Source: Candidatus Borrarchaeum weybense (GTDB lineage Archaea; Asgardarchaeota; Sifarchaeia; Borrarchaeales; Borrarchaeaceae). From it: a stretch of DNA of 64,000 nucleotides. Both the position numbers and the translations under genes were made by a program. The stretch's first letter is position 1. Each line of letters starts with the position of its first letter. The stretch covers positions 715,685 through 779,684 of the forward strand of contig JAHQJS010000007.1 of the NCBI GenBank assembly GCA_019057385.1. The letters are read 5' to 3'. The notes under the pieces are model-generated. The model was not told the origin of the DNA. It saw only the letters and a list, made by a program, of their open reading frames with translations, and did not search any database. Shown here piece by piece: positions 18,450-29,252 of this stretch.

Positions 18450-20348
18450 CTATTTACGCCTGAATGTCATTTTAAGCTCAGACATTCCTGCTTCGCTTCT
18501 CTTCTCGGTGTAAAATCCCATTTTTTCGAAAAGTCGAAACATTGGACGATTTTCTACTAACACCTCGGCTGTAAATCCAAGAAGACCTTGTTTTTTTGCC
18601 AATTGAGTTAAATAAGTTAATAACTCCGTGCCCAGGCCTTGACGCTGATAATCATCCCTAACAACTAAAGCAACTTCTGCTGTACGAGTTCCTTCGTTAA
18701 TTCCATATTGTCCTAAACCAAGAATTTCTTCCTTTCCTTCATGCTCTTTCACGGCAAGGATGACCATTTCCTTAGTATAATCAATGATTACAAAATCCTG
18801 TAGCCTTTCATGTGGCATATCTGTTCGAGCGGAGCTAAATCGCCGATAAAGACTTTTATCTGAGAGCGAGTAAAAGAAATCCTTCACTAAAGGTTCATCA
18901 CTTATTTTTACAGGTCTCAAGAGCACTTCTAACCCTGCTTTTGTGGTTCTATAGGTTTCAAGTTCTTCAGGATATTCTCCCCTAACTCCAGGGATAAATT
19001 CCTGATCCTTATAGATCAAATTCTGCTTTTTCGCTTCTTCAATTAACCATGATCTAAATTTCGGATGCGCTATTGAAATTAGTTCCATTGCACGTTCTCT
19101 AATGTTTTTGCCATGTAAATAGGCAATGCCATATTCTGTCACCACATAATGTATATCTCCTCTATTTAGAGTTACGCCAGCACCTTCCTTAATAAATGGC
19201 ATTATCCTTGAAACAGTTTCATTTTCAGCAGTCGATTGTAGAGCAAGAATTGTTTTCCCGTTCTTTGCTAAAACTGAACCACGCATAAAATCAGCTTGTC
19301 CACCAATACCACTATAGAATGTCTTTCCAATCGATTCTGCACTTGCTTGACCGGTCAGATCTATCTCTAATGCACTGTTTATCGCGGTCATATTATCATG
19401 TTGAGCGATAGTCAGTGGATTATTTGTATAGTCGACCGTTCGAAATTCGATAGCAGGATTATCATGAATGTATTCATAGGTTTCTTTATTCCCCATACAG
19501 AATGTTGCGATAGTCTTACCCCGGTTTATACTTTTTTTTGAATTATCAATCACTCCTTTTTTCATCAGTTCAACGAGTCCATCACCTATAAGTTCTGTAT
19601 GCACACCAAGATTTTTTTTGTTATAAAGATTCGATAAAATTGCATTTGGGATGCTACCATATCCAACTTGGATCGTATCCCCATTTTCAATTAGTTGTGA
19701 GACATAATTCCCGATTTTTTGAACAACTTCAGTCTCTGCTTCTTCCTTATATTGTAGAACAGGTTCATCATACGGGATAATAAAATCAACATCCTCGATA
19801 TGGATAAAACCGTCCCCGTGCACCCGAGGACTGTTAGAATTGACCTGGGCAATCACTAACGAAGCATTTTCCGTTGCCGCTTTGACAATATCAACACTGA
19901 CGCCTAAGCTCATGTAGCCGTGACTATCTGGTGGTGAAGTCTGCACAAGAGCGACATCAATCGGTACAACTCCGCTATAGAATAACTCCGGAATCTCGGA
20001 CAAAAAAATAGGAGAATAATCTGCCAAGCCTTTATTGATTGCATCTCTAGTATTGGCACCAATGAAAAACGAATTATGTCGAAAATTGTATTTGAGTTTT
20101 TCATCAGCGTAAGGCGCTACTCCAAGTGTCCATACGTGAAGAACTTCAGCATCAAAAAAGGCTTTTGGATGCGATTGGACATAATTTACAAGAGAACGAA
20201 CAAGATATTGAGGTTCACCACAAGCCGTACCAATAAATATTCGGTCTCCTCTATGAATATGACTAAATACTCTATCTTCTGGCATGAATTTATTGGGATA
20301 GATTTTTTTCATTTCTTCCATCATTCTGCTTTCATTATTGAAAATCAT
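18450..20348 (-). CDS. Acetyl-CoA hydrolase/CoA-transferase fused to a C-terminal GNAT acetyltransferase
   Basis: GDTIQVGYGSIP, SGIGGQADF, VVTEYGIAYLHGK; GNAT AEVALVVRDDYQRQGLGT..N.PMFRLFEKMGF. Confidence 0.92.
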   Translation of the reverse strand: MIFNNESRMMEEMKKIYPNKFMPEDRVFSHIHRGDRIFIGTACGEPQYLVRSLVNYVQSHPKAFFDAEVLHVWTLGVAPYADEKLKYNFRHNSFFIGANTRDAINKGLADYSPIFLSEIPELFYSGVVPIDVALVQTSPPDSHGYMSLGVSVDIVKAATENASLVIAQVNSNSPRVHGDGFIHIEDVDFIIPYDEPVLQYKEEAETEVVQKIGNYVSQLIENGDTIQVGYGSIPNAILSNLYNKKNLGVHTELIGDGLVELMKKGVIDNSKKSINRGKTIATFCMGNKETYEYIHDNPAIEFRTVDYTNNPLTIAQHDNMTAINSALEIDLTGQASAESIGKTFYSGIGGQADFMRGSVLAKNGKTILALQSTAENETVSRIMPFIKEGAGVTLNRGDIHYVVTEYGIAYLHGKNIRERAMELISIAHPKFRSWLIEEAKKQNLIYKDQEFIPGVRGEYPEELETYRTTKAGLEVLLRPVKISDEPLVKDFFYSLSDKSLYRRFSSARTDMPHERLQDFVIIDYTKEMVILAVKEHEGKEEILGLGQYGINEGTRTAEVALVVRDDYQRQGLGTELLTYLTQLAKKQGLLGFTAEVLVENRPMFRLFEKMGFYTEKRSEAGMSELKMTFRRK

Positions 20349-20500
20349 AGTTCTCCATCCCTCCGGGAACTAAACAGGGTTCATTTTCAAATAATATATA
20401 AATTCAATTTGGTGGAATTAAAAGTTTGTTGAGTTGTTATTTGTCTAATGTTTCATACAAAGTTTCTAGAAAGAATAGAATTGAGACAATAGTTGATACC

Positions 20501-21079
20501 ATGGCTAAAAAAACTAAAAAAAGGTGTTCTTGGGCAGTAAGCAATTCGTTAATGAAAGGATATCATGATAAAGAATGGGGAACACCCGTACACAATGATA
20601 GACTGCTGTTTGAATTTTTAATATTGGAAGGTATTCAGGCGGGACTAAGTTGGAACATCGTTTTGCAAAAAAGAGAGAATTATAGAAAAGCGTTTGATAA
20701 TTTCGACTACACTAATATTGCTAACTATGGGGAAGAAAAGATCGAGGAATTACTGCAAAATAAAGGTATTATTCGAAACAGAAGAAAAATACAAGCTACT
20801 ATTACAAATGCTAAAGCGTTTGTGGAAATGCAAAAGGAGTTTGGTTCGTTTGATGGATACATCTGGGGGTTCATTGATAAGCCAATTCAAAATGCTTGGA
20901 AATCTTTAGAAGAGATTCCAGCTAAAACTGAGATTTCTGAAACAATAAGTAAAGATTTAAAGAAACGAGGGTTCAAATTTATTGGTCCAACAATTGTTTA
21001 CGCGTTTATGCAAGCAATTGGGATGGTTAATGATCACACAATTGATTGTTTCAGATATACTGAGTTGAAAAACAAATAG
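20501..21079 (+). CDS. tag: DNA-3-methyladenine glycosylase I
   Basis: RCSW, YHDKEWG, LEGIQAGLSW, IIRNRRK, GMVNDHTIDC. Confidence 0.95.
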   Translation: MAKKTKKRCSWAVSNSLMKGYHDKEWGTPVHNDRLLFEFLILEGIQAGLSWNIVLQKRENYRKAFDNFDYTNIANYGEEKIEELLQNKGIIRNRRKIQATITNAKAFVEMQKEFGSFDGYIWGFIDKPIQNAWKSLEEIPAKTEISETISKDLKKRGFKFIGPTIVYAFMQAIGMVNDHTIDCFRYTELKNK

Positions 21080-21321
21080 TTGATTGTTCGAGACGACATA
21101 ATTTTATTTTGATCTTATCGACTTATTTGGTTTATATTCGTTTTTTAGAAACTCTATCATCTATTATTTGCCAATTTTATAAGTAGGAAATTACTCAAAT
21201 CAAACATAATTATAGATGAAGAGCAAAAATGAGTTTTGCGCATCCCAAAAAAATCACTAAAACTTATTTACTCGAACCAACATACATTTGAGTCAAATTG
21301 ATTTGAATAGTGATCAAAAAT

Positions 21322-21990
21322 ATGTCATTGGATGAGTATCTAGAAATAGCGAAAGAGTTATTCCGGACAAAAGAATACGATTCAGTTATTGAAACTTTGC
21401 AAGAAGTTGTCCAAGTTGATCCCAAATCACCTGAATCAATATTAGCATGGAGACTTATGGGGGTGTCTTTCGCAGAGCTAGGAAATTACAGAATGGCTTT
21501 TAAATGCTATCAAACTTCTTTGGATTTAGATCCTAATGATTCAGCTACGTGGTATAATATGGGTGTAAGTTACGAAAAACTTAACGATCTTGGCAATGCA
21601 ATTAGATCATATAAGGAAGCTCTAAAAATAGACCCTGAGCTCGAAGATGCATTGATTAATCTTGGAGAAGCATATAGAGAGCTAGGTCAGTATAACAAAT
21701 CTATTAATGGCTATAAGAAAGCAGTGATTATTAATCCTACAGATGAAGCCATATGGTATAACATGGGTTGCGTATACGATAAATTGGGCGAGCATAATAA
21801 GGCGATACATTGCTATCAAACTGCCCTGAAAATATATCCTGAATTTATAGCAGCGCTCAGCAACCTGGGTGCAGCTTATGTTGCTGTAGGAGAAATTGAG
21901 AAAGCTGTTGAGTGTTATCAAAAAGCTGGGGAAATTGATCCTAGGTTTGCAAATACTTTAGAAAACTTAAAACTACTTAAGGAAATTTAA
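21322..21990 (+). CDS. TPR-repeat protein
   Basis: About six canonical 34-aa TPRs (WYNMG...YKEALKIDP). Confidence 0.92.
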   Translation: MSLDEYLEIAKELFRTKEYDSVIETLQEVVQVDPKSPESILAWRLMGVSFAELGNYRMAFKCYQTSLDLDPNDSATWYNMGVSYEKLNDLGNAIRSYKEALKIDPELEDALINLGEAYRELGQYNKSINGYKKAVIINPTDEAIWYNMGCVYDKLGEHNKAIHCYQTALKIYPEFIAALSNLGAAYVAVGEIEKAVECYQKAGEIDPRFANTLENLKLLKEI

Positions 21991-22085
21991 ACCCACTCTT
22001 TAGTTACCTAGTTTAGTATGTTTCAGCACATTTTCCAAGCACCTTCAAAATACGGTTTTTTTGATATTTTTGAGTGTGGGACTTG

Positions 22086-22388
22086 CTACTCAATGTTGAA
22101 AAATGCCTTGTATTCCTCCACATCAAAGCCAACGAGAAACTTCTTATCATCTGAAATAAGAAACGGATAAGCTACATGTTGACTATCAGATTTTTTCATT
22201 AATTCTTCACGCAGGTCGCCTACAACTTTCTTTTCCAATTTGTCTACAAATACATATTTGAAGTCGATTAAATTCTCCTTCAAAAAAACAAGAGCGCGTT
22301 TACAAAATCCGCATGTTGATAACGCGTACAAGGTCACTTGATGACGTGTATTATTCCCAGACACATGAATGAATTCAATTTCCTTCAT
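22086..22388 (-). CDS. Glutaredoxin-like protein (CGFC)
   Basis: YALSTCGFCKRA, YPFL, VGF. Confidence 0.9.
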   Translation of the reverse strand: MKEIEFIHVSGNNTRHQVTLYALSTCGFCKRALVFLKENLIDFKYVFVDKLEKKVVGDLREELMKKSDSQHVAYPFLISDDKKFLVGFDVEEYKAFFNIE

Positions 22389-22469
22389 TCTTAAAATTTT
22401 CCAAAGATCATTTTAATTAATAACAGAAGCATCGTGAAAATTGTGAACTAAAATTCTCATGCTTTTGAT

Positions 22470-22772
22470 TCATTCGATATTGAACATTTCTCTGTATTTG
22501 GCTTCAATAAAGCCTTGTATATACTTTTTGTCATCAACTACTAAGAATGGGTAAGATACGACACGTCCGAATTTCTCTTGTAAATCGGCTCGTAGTTTTT
22601 TTACAATTTTTCTGTCTAAAGAGTCTACAAAAACATACGAATACTCAATGAAATGTTCCTTCAAATATGACATAACGTGATGACAGTGAGCGCACGTCGA
22701 CAACGCATAGAGCTTAATTTTCCAAGTCTTATTTTTACCAAGAACGCGATTGAATTCTATTTCATATGGCAT
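22470..22772 (-). CDS. Glutaredoxin-like protein (CAHC)
   Basis: YALSTCAHC, SYPFL, QGF. Confidence 0.9.
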   Translation of the reverse strand: MPYEIEFNRVLGKNKTWKIKLYALSTCAHCHHVMSYLKEHFIEYSYVFVDSLDRKIVKKLRADLQEKFGRVVSYPFLVVDDKKYIQGFIEAKYREMFNIE

Positions 22773-22840
22773 AATATAAGCCCTAATTATGAATTCTAAA
22801 AATTAAATTGTGCAAACGTCAGATTTTGAGGTCTATCTGC

Positions 22841-23158
22841 TTATACATCGTGTTGATGCGTTTCCATTGTATCTAATAAGTCCTCGTATTTCTCTGTATT
22901 GAATCCAACCATACATTCCTTATCATCGACGATTAAGAAAGGAAACGCCACTCTTCGGTTAAATCTTTCTTTTAATTCCTTAGTAACATTATTTCGTGTT
23001 TCTTTATCTAACTTGTCAACGTAAACGAATTCAAAATCAACAGAATTATCTCGTAAAAACGCTAAGGCACGTTTACAAAATCCACAAGTCGAGAGAGCAT
23101 AAACAGTAATTTTACAACCTTTTTTTTCACCGGCTTCGTGAGTCCATTCAAATGACAT
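22841..23158 (-). CDS. Glutaredoxin-like protein (CGFC)
   Basis: YALSTCGFCKRA, AFPFL; ATG 23158 follows SD GGTGA. Confidence 0.9.
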   Translation of the reverse strand: MSFEWTHEAGEKKGCKITVYALSTCGFCKRALAFLRDNSVDFEFVYVDKLDKETRNNVTKELKERFNRRVAFPFLIVDDKECMVGFNTEKYEDLLDTMETHQHDV

Positions 23159-23268
23159 GCATTTTTTCACCTTTTTTTTGAGTAAATTCAAATGACAATG
23201 GAGTTAAGCTCTAGTTTTTAAGATTTTTGAATGGGGAAAGTCTATGCAACTGTATAAAGACGATTTAG

Positions 23269-24102
23269 CTAATATTCAAGCCTTATTCCAACTCCTACTT
23301 CATTAAGTTCTATGACTTTAGACATTGCTATTTTTGAGTTTAAATCCGTACAATGACAGGCATGTACTTTTTCAGGTTTCAATTCTTTTAGGTATTCTAA
23401 TGTTCCTTTTAATTGTTCTTCTGAAGGATTAAGTAGATGAAATCCACCTATTATATCAATTACTCTATCTTCTTCACAAATCTTTCTAGCATACTCAATA
23501 ATATTGCAGATTCCGGCATGAGAGCAACCTGTAATAATCACTAAACCTTCTCGTGATTTATAAACTATGGCGGAATCATCCATTAAATAATCGTCTTCTA
23601 GGGAAGATCCTAGAATTCTACCAATTGGGCTTTTCGCTTCAAAATCATTTGTTCGTTCTATCTGTCCAAGAAAAACTATGTTGTCTGTTAACCATACAGG
23701 ACTTTTACTTAATTCAAGATTAAAATGGTTAGCTAATTTTTCTTCAGAAATAATAGATCCAATTTCTTTCAAACCGTTTATTGTTCTCGTTGAAAATGTC
23801 AAAGGATGAGCAACAAGCATTGGCTTTACGTAACTAATATTTTCGATCTCCGCCTCTGTGTAAAGTTGCACGAGAGGAACTAAACCCCAGGTATGATCCA
23901 TATGCCCATGAGAAAGAACTATGAAATCGATGTCCAACAGATCGATTTTCATTTTTTGTGCATTCTTAATAAACGCATCTGAATATCCTACATCAAACAG
24001 AATTTTTTTGTTTCCATCTTCAATAAAATATGATACAGCAGGCTCGCCGTAGAAATATCGATCTATTAAAGTATTATTATCCACAAGAACTGTTAATTTC
24101 AT
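23269..24102 (-). CDS. MBL-fold metallo-hydrolase (COG1237-like)
   Basis: SHGHMDH, GCSHAG, GGFHL, CHCT; ATG 24102 follows GAGGAG. Confidence 0.9.
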   Translation of the reverse strand: MKLTVLVDNNTLIDRYFYGEPAVSYFIEDGNKKILFDVGYSDAFIKNAQKMKIDLLDIDFIVLSHGHMDHTWGLVPLVQLYTEAEIENISYVKPMLVAHPLTFSTRTINGLKEIGSIISEEKLANHFNLELSKSPVWLTDNIVFLGQIERTNDFEAKSPIGRILGSSLEDDYLMDDSAIVYKSREGLVIITGCSHAGICNIIEYARKICEEDRVIDIIGGFHLLNPSEEQLKGTLEYLKELKPEKVHACHCTDLNSKIAMSKVIELNEVGVGIRLEY

Positions 24103-24203
24103 TGTGTTCTCCTCAATAGTAACATTGAAATTAACTATATAACTTAAGATCCCTCCCATAGAGAACGATTAAAATATTATAATTAAAAGTAGGCGGAATC
24201 CGA

Positions 24204-27041
24204 ATGAGTGCTGTTTCAGGCGATTCAAAGGGACAGTTATCATATGAAGAATGTCTAGAGGTATTGGGTGAAGATATAAATGGACTCACAGAAACTGAAG
24301 CAGGCTCCCGGCTTGCACAATACGGATTTAATAAATTAACAGAGGAAGAGGAAAAAAATCCGATCTTCATGTTTATTGCGCAGTTTAAGTCGCCCCTCGT
24401 TTACGTATTAATCTTTGCAGCCGTATTATCGCTTTTTATGGAAGAATTAATTGATTTTTTTGTAATTTTGGCTATTTTGTTCGCAAATGCGGTAATTGGA
24501 TTTACACAGGAATGGAAAAGTGAAAAAACCATACGCGCGATCCATTCATTGATTGAGGATAAAGCGATAGTAATTCGAGATGGTGATGAAATAGAAATTC
24601 CTGCAGAAAATGTTGTTCCAGGAGATATAATGCTACTTTCCGCGGGCCAAAAAGTTCCTGCTGATGCAAGAATTCTATTCGAAAGAAATCTGCATGTAGA
24701 CGAGAGTTTGCTGACTGGGGAAAGCGTCCCCATAAAGAAAGATACTGTATGTCTAATCGAGGATCCATACTACTATGAGCAAGTCAACATGGTATTTTCG
24801 GGCTCTTTTGTTACCGAAGGTCGAGCTAGAGTCATCGTTACCGCCACAGGCGATAATACAGAATTAGGGAAGATTCACAAAGAACTTCAGGGAATTCAGG
24901 AGAAACCATCTCCGATGGCAATTCGTACAAAACGCCTTAGTTTATTTTTCCTCGGTCTTGCATTGTCATTTGTCGGTTTAGTAATTGGATTAGGACTCTA
25001 TCGGGGACTTGAGGGGGCAGAACTTGCACTCTTAGCACTCGCTAGTCTCGTGTCAGCGATCCCTGAAGGATTATTAGCGGTTCTCACCATCGTTTTAGCT
25101 ATAGGCATAACTAGACTCGCACGACAAAATGTAATTGTAAGAAACTTAGGAACAGTTGAAACACTCGGCATCACGAATGTAATTTGCTCAGACAAGACTG
25201 GTACACTCACTAAAAACGAGATGATGGTTCGTCGAATTTATACGAAAGGACAAATCTATGAGGCAAACGGAAGCGGATATGACCCACTTAGTGGTGGAAT
25301 TTATCTTGAGGGCTATGGACCAGAAGGATGCCTACGTTCTCCAGGTTTTTGTTACCCTGAAGAAGCAGCGCCTCCAGGGGCATACGAGCCAATTAATAAA
25401 GATACTTTGAAACAATATCCTGACTTAGAAAGATTGTTGATATACATGGCTTTAGCTAACGATGCTGAAGTATATGCCGAATGTGAAGGAGGAGGACGCT
25501 GTACTGTGGTGGAGAAACATGATGCACCACACTTTTGGCGAGTTAAAGGCTCACCTACTGAGGCAGCATTGATTGTAGCACTCGAAAAAATTGGTTTACA
25601 TAAGCATATACTCGACGAAATGTGGCCACGCATTGCTGAAATTCCGTTTTCTAGCGCAAGGAAATACATGTCAACTCTCCATGAGCTTGGCCCTATGATG
25701 TATGATGGGAGAGAAAATGGGAGAGAATTTGAAAACAAGAACCTAGTAATCGTTAAAGGTGCACCTGAAGCCCTACAAAATTTCGCTAAAGAAATGCCAG
25801 CTAAATGCCAAGCTATTGTAGATGAATATGCCTCACAAGGTCTACGAATACTGGCTTGCGCAGCTAAATATGTACCAACCAACGTGCGTCAAATTACAAA
25901 AGATGATCTTGAAGGGATAGAGTTTGTTGGGTTGGTCGGTATAAATGACCCACCACGAGAAGAGGTTCGTGATTACATCGAAAGAAGTAAGCTAGCAGGA
26001 ATTTCTGTTAAGATGATTACTGGTGATAACGAACTAACGGCAAACGCTATCGCTGAAGAGATTGGTCTAATAAATCCAGATTCTGGTGGTAAAGCTTCAT
26101 TCAGAGGCGATAGTTTAGATCAAATGAATGATGAAGAATTGAAACAAGTTGTTACTGAAGCCAAGGTGTTTTCTCGAACGAATCCGATACACAAATTACG
26201 AATTGTTAAAGCACTTCAGGAACAGGGTTCTATCGTTGCAATGACAGGAGATGGAATAAATGACAGTCCAGCGCTAAAACAAGCTGACATAGGAATTGCA
26301 ATGGGGATTACAGGTACCGATATTGCTAAAGAAGCTGCTGATGTCGTTTTGCAAGATGAAAAATTTGAGGCTGTTGTTGACGGCATAGACCAAGGGCGGC
26401 ATATTTTTAATAATTTCAGGCGTGTTGCGCTCTATCTACTTTCGACTAATATAGGAGAACTTTTGCTCCTCATTTTAACTTTAGCGATCTTTCTCCATCC
26501 TGTTTTACTTCTGCCCATTCAAATTCTTTGGATCAACCTTGCGACTGACGGATTTCTGGATATTTCACTTGCTATGGAGCCAAAGGAGGAAGGACTTCTA
26601 GATAGACCGCCAAGATCGCTTGATCAGCGGATATTATCACGGGATACTGTCAAATTGGGAATTTTCTACGCATTAATAATGGTAGTGGGTAGTCTAATGG
26701 TTTATTTTTATCTTATATTCCAAGATACTCCTGCAGCGAAAATAAGAACCGCAATTTTTGTAGTTTTGATTATTTTCCAGTGGTTTAATGCTTTCAATTG
26801 TCGATCGCATAATAAATCGGTATTCTCAGTAGGAGTCTTTAAGAACAAGACGCTGTGGGTTTTTCTGGTTATTGACATACTTCTTGTCGCTATTTTATTC
26901 ATCGTACCTCCATTAACACTTGCATTTGACATAGTACCGCTTGGAATCATGGAGTGGGTTATTATTGCACTTATTGGCTCTAGTATTTGGATCATCGACG
27001 AGATTAGAAAAACGCTTCAATTATTTACAGTGCAAGATTGA
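24204..27041 (+). CDS. Cation-transporting P-type ATPase (type II)
   Basis: TGES, PEGL, DKTGT, KGAPE, TGDN, GDGINDSPAL, QILWINL. Confidence 0.97.
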   Translation: MSAVSGDSKGQLSYEECLEVLGEDINGLTETEAGSRLAQYGFNKLTEEEEKNPIFMFIAQFKSPLVYVLIFAAVLSLFMEELIDFFVILAILFANAVIGFTQEWKSEKTIRAIHSLIEDKAIVIRDGDEIEIPAENVVPGDIMLLSAGQKVPADARILFERNLHVDESLLTGESVPIKKDTVCLIEDPYYYEQVNMVFSGSFVTEGRARVIVTATGDNTELGKIHKELQGIQEKPSPMAIRTKRLSLFFLGLALSFVGLVIGLGLYRGLEGAELALLALASLVSAIPEGLLAVLTIVLAIGITRLARQNVIVRNLGTVETLGITNVICSDKTGTLTKNEMMVRRIYTKGQIYEANGSGYDPLSGGIYLEGYGPEGCLRSPGFCYPEEAAPPGAYEPINKDTLKQYPDLERLLIYMALANDAEVYAECEGGGRCTVVEKHDAPHFWRVKGSPTEAALIVALEKIGLHKHILDEMWPRIAEIPFSSARKYMSTLHELGPMMYDGRENGREFENKNLVIVKGAPEALQNFAKEMPAKCQAIVDEYASQGLRILACAAKYVPTNVRQITKDDLEGIEFVGLVGINDPPREEVRDYIERSKLAGISVKMITGDNELTANAIAEEIGLINPDSGGKASFRGDSLDQMNDEELKQVVTEAKVFSRTNPIHKLRIVKALQEQGSIVAMTGDGINDSPALKQADIGIAMGITGTDIAKEAADVVLQDEKFEAVVDGIDQGRHIFNNFRRVALYLLSTNIGELLLLILTLAIFLHPVLLLPIQILWINLATDGFLDISLAMEPKEEGLLDRPPRSLDQRILSRDTVKLGIFYALIMVVGSLMVYFYLIFQDTPAAKIRTAIFVVLIIFQWFNAFNCRSHNKSVFSVGVFKNKTLWVFLVIDILLVAILFIVPPLTLAFDIVPLGIMEWVIIALIGSSIWIIDEIRKTLQLFTVQD

Positions 27042-27292
27042 TTTTCTAGATGTCTGAAAAAAATATATTTTCAAAGAGTAGTAGTAAATCCATTAGAAGG
27101 AGTTATTTAATGCAATCGAGATTAAATGAACGAATAAGTAAAGTTATCAAAACTGCAATCCTTCATCGTGCTTTTTACTGAAGAAGAGATGTTGAGAAAA
27201 GGTATTGAATTCATAATGTTCGTACTAAATTACCGATAAGGCGTAAGGGTTAAGGATGATCTATACTAGAAACAACTGAAAAGGTGGTATAA

Positions 27293-27697
27293 ATGCAGAT
27301 AAAGATATTCTTCTATGCTTTAGGAATCTGGGTATTGTTACTTTTTCTTGCAATTAGTAACGCGTTAATTAGAGAATCAGTTTATGCGCCTATAGTTGGC
27401 TCATATGGGGGACATGTGATTTCTACAATAATAGCAATATTGTATACTCTGATCATTACATATCTATTCGTTGTATATTTAAGAGCAGACGTAACAAGGA
27501 TCGATCTTTTGTTGATTGGTGCTTTTTGGCTGATTATAACAATTCTATTTGAGCTTAGTTTCGGTCATTATGTAATGGGGCATCCCTGGAGCTATTTATT
27601 TGCAGATTATAACATTCTTAAGGGAAGAGTATGGAGTGTTTATTTATTTGTTGTGTTTACAGCACCATCGTTATGGGGGTTTTTTCTAGGAGTATAA
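27293..27697 (+). CDS. Hypothetical 4-TM membrane protein
   Basis: Hydrophobic helices; FELSFGHY..DYNILKGRVW. Confidence 0.75.
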   Translation: MQIKIFFYALGIWVLLLFLAISNALIRESVYAPIVGSYGGHVISTIIAILYTLIITYLFVVYLRADVTRIDLLLIGAFWLIITILFELSFGHYVMGHPWSYLFADYNILKGRVWSVYLFVVFTAPSLWGFFLGV

Positions 27698-27783
27698 ACT
27701 AATATCTAAGATGAAATAAATTAGTTATAAAAATAAAGATGTCCATATAAAAATCATAAAATAAGTAAATTGGTGATGAAATA

Positions 27784-28134
27784 ATGTTCCAACCTTATTG
27801 GTTTCCGTTTTTCTTTATCCCCTTCATGGCAGCAATTTTCATCGTGGTCATCCTTTTAGCTGTATGGGTGTACAGAGATGCTGAAAAGAGAGGAGAGAGC
27901 GGTATATTGTGGTTAATCATTGTATTAATCACTGGGATAATCGGCTTGATAATTTGGTTGATTGTTCGAGGTGATAAGCCAGTGATTTCATCAGAACCGA
28001 CTACAAAAGTACCTCCACCCCCCCAGGCAGTACAGGCTACTCAGACAACTGGCGCCCAGTTTTGTCCAAATTGTGGCGCAAGTATCCAACCTAATTCGGT
28101 TTTCTGCGCAAACTGCGGGGCAAGTCTAGAGTAG
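27784..28134 (+). CDS. Small membrane protein (PLDc_N-like) with C-terminal double zinc ribbon
   Basis: WVYRDAEKRG..WLIIVL..GLIIWLIVR; CPNCG..CANCG. Confidence 0.85.
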   Translation: MFQPYWFPFFFIPFMAAIFIVVILLAVWVYRDAEKRGESGILWLIIVLITGIIGLIIWLIVRGDKPVISSEPTTKVPPPPQAVQATQTTGAQFCPNCGASIQPNSVFCANCGASLE

Positions 28135-28267
28135 ATAAATAGACTACATGTGTCGCAAACAACAACTTTATATGACATAATCAAGAGATATGTAGCCACA
28201 CACTCCTTTTTATTATTTAAGAGTTTAACTAATCATTTTAACACATGGGAGCTTAGGAGGTATAAGC

Positions 28268-29206
28268 ATGACCGAAGAAATATGGTTTGGATATCATCTA
28301 CCACCTGAGGGGACTGGTTTTGAGGGAATGAAAAATGCCTGCCTAACAGCAGAAAAGATAGGACTTGATCTCTTCACAATTACAGATCACTTTATGAATA
28401 TGGCAAACCCAATGGGAGAAGAGAACCATCCTCTTGAGTGTTGGACTCTGCTCGGAGCACTTGCCGCGATAACTAATAAGATTAGATTAGGCCCCTTAGT
28501 ATCCTGTTATAGTTATAGAGCACCAACATTGTTAGGGAAAATTGCCACTACTGTCGACGTTATCAGCAATGGAAGACTCGTAATGGGACTAGGGGCAGGA
28601 TGGAACGAACCCGAATTCAAAGGGTTTTATGGAAGATTTCCTCCTACGAAAGAACGCCTACAAGGCTTCGAAGACACTCTTGCCATCGTTTATTCAATGT
28701 TTAAAAATAAACACACGACATACAGGGGCAAAGCGTTCTCTACAGAAAATACATTGAACAGTCCACGACCAATTCAAGAACATATACCATTGATGATAGG
28801 TGCTTTTGGGGAGAAAATGATTAGATTAGCGACACAGTACGCCGACATTATTCATTGCATGTTTGATCCAAGCCCAGAATATTTAGCCCAACAAAAGCAA
28901 AAGATAATAACTGGATGTGAAAAAACAGGAAGAAATCCCTAGGAGATTCGAATAGGATCAGGATATACCATCTGGTTGGATCCAACTGAAGAAGAGACCA
29001 ATCAGCGAGTCAAAAGACTGCAAGTAAGGATGAACATACCAGAAGAAACAGCAAGACAAATTGTTGCAAATGCCCCCTCGACACCAGAAGCACATATAGA
29101 AACAATTCAGAAAGCAATTGAGGACGGAATAACAGTTTTCACACTCATGGGGTCACCAACCCTGTTAAAAACATTTGCCGAACAAGTTTTATTAAAACTA
29201 AAATAA
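28268..29206 (+). pseudogene. LLM-class flavin-dependent oxidoreductase interrupted by an in-frame TAG (28940-28942)
   Basis: DHF, ECWTLLGALA, SNGRLVMGLGAGW; the frame continues GRNP*EIRIG to TAA at 29206. Confidence 0.8.
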
Positions 29207-29252
29207 TCATATTCAGCAAAGCGTAGTAGTCCAAACACGAGAAAATAAAATC

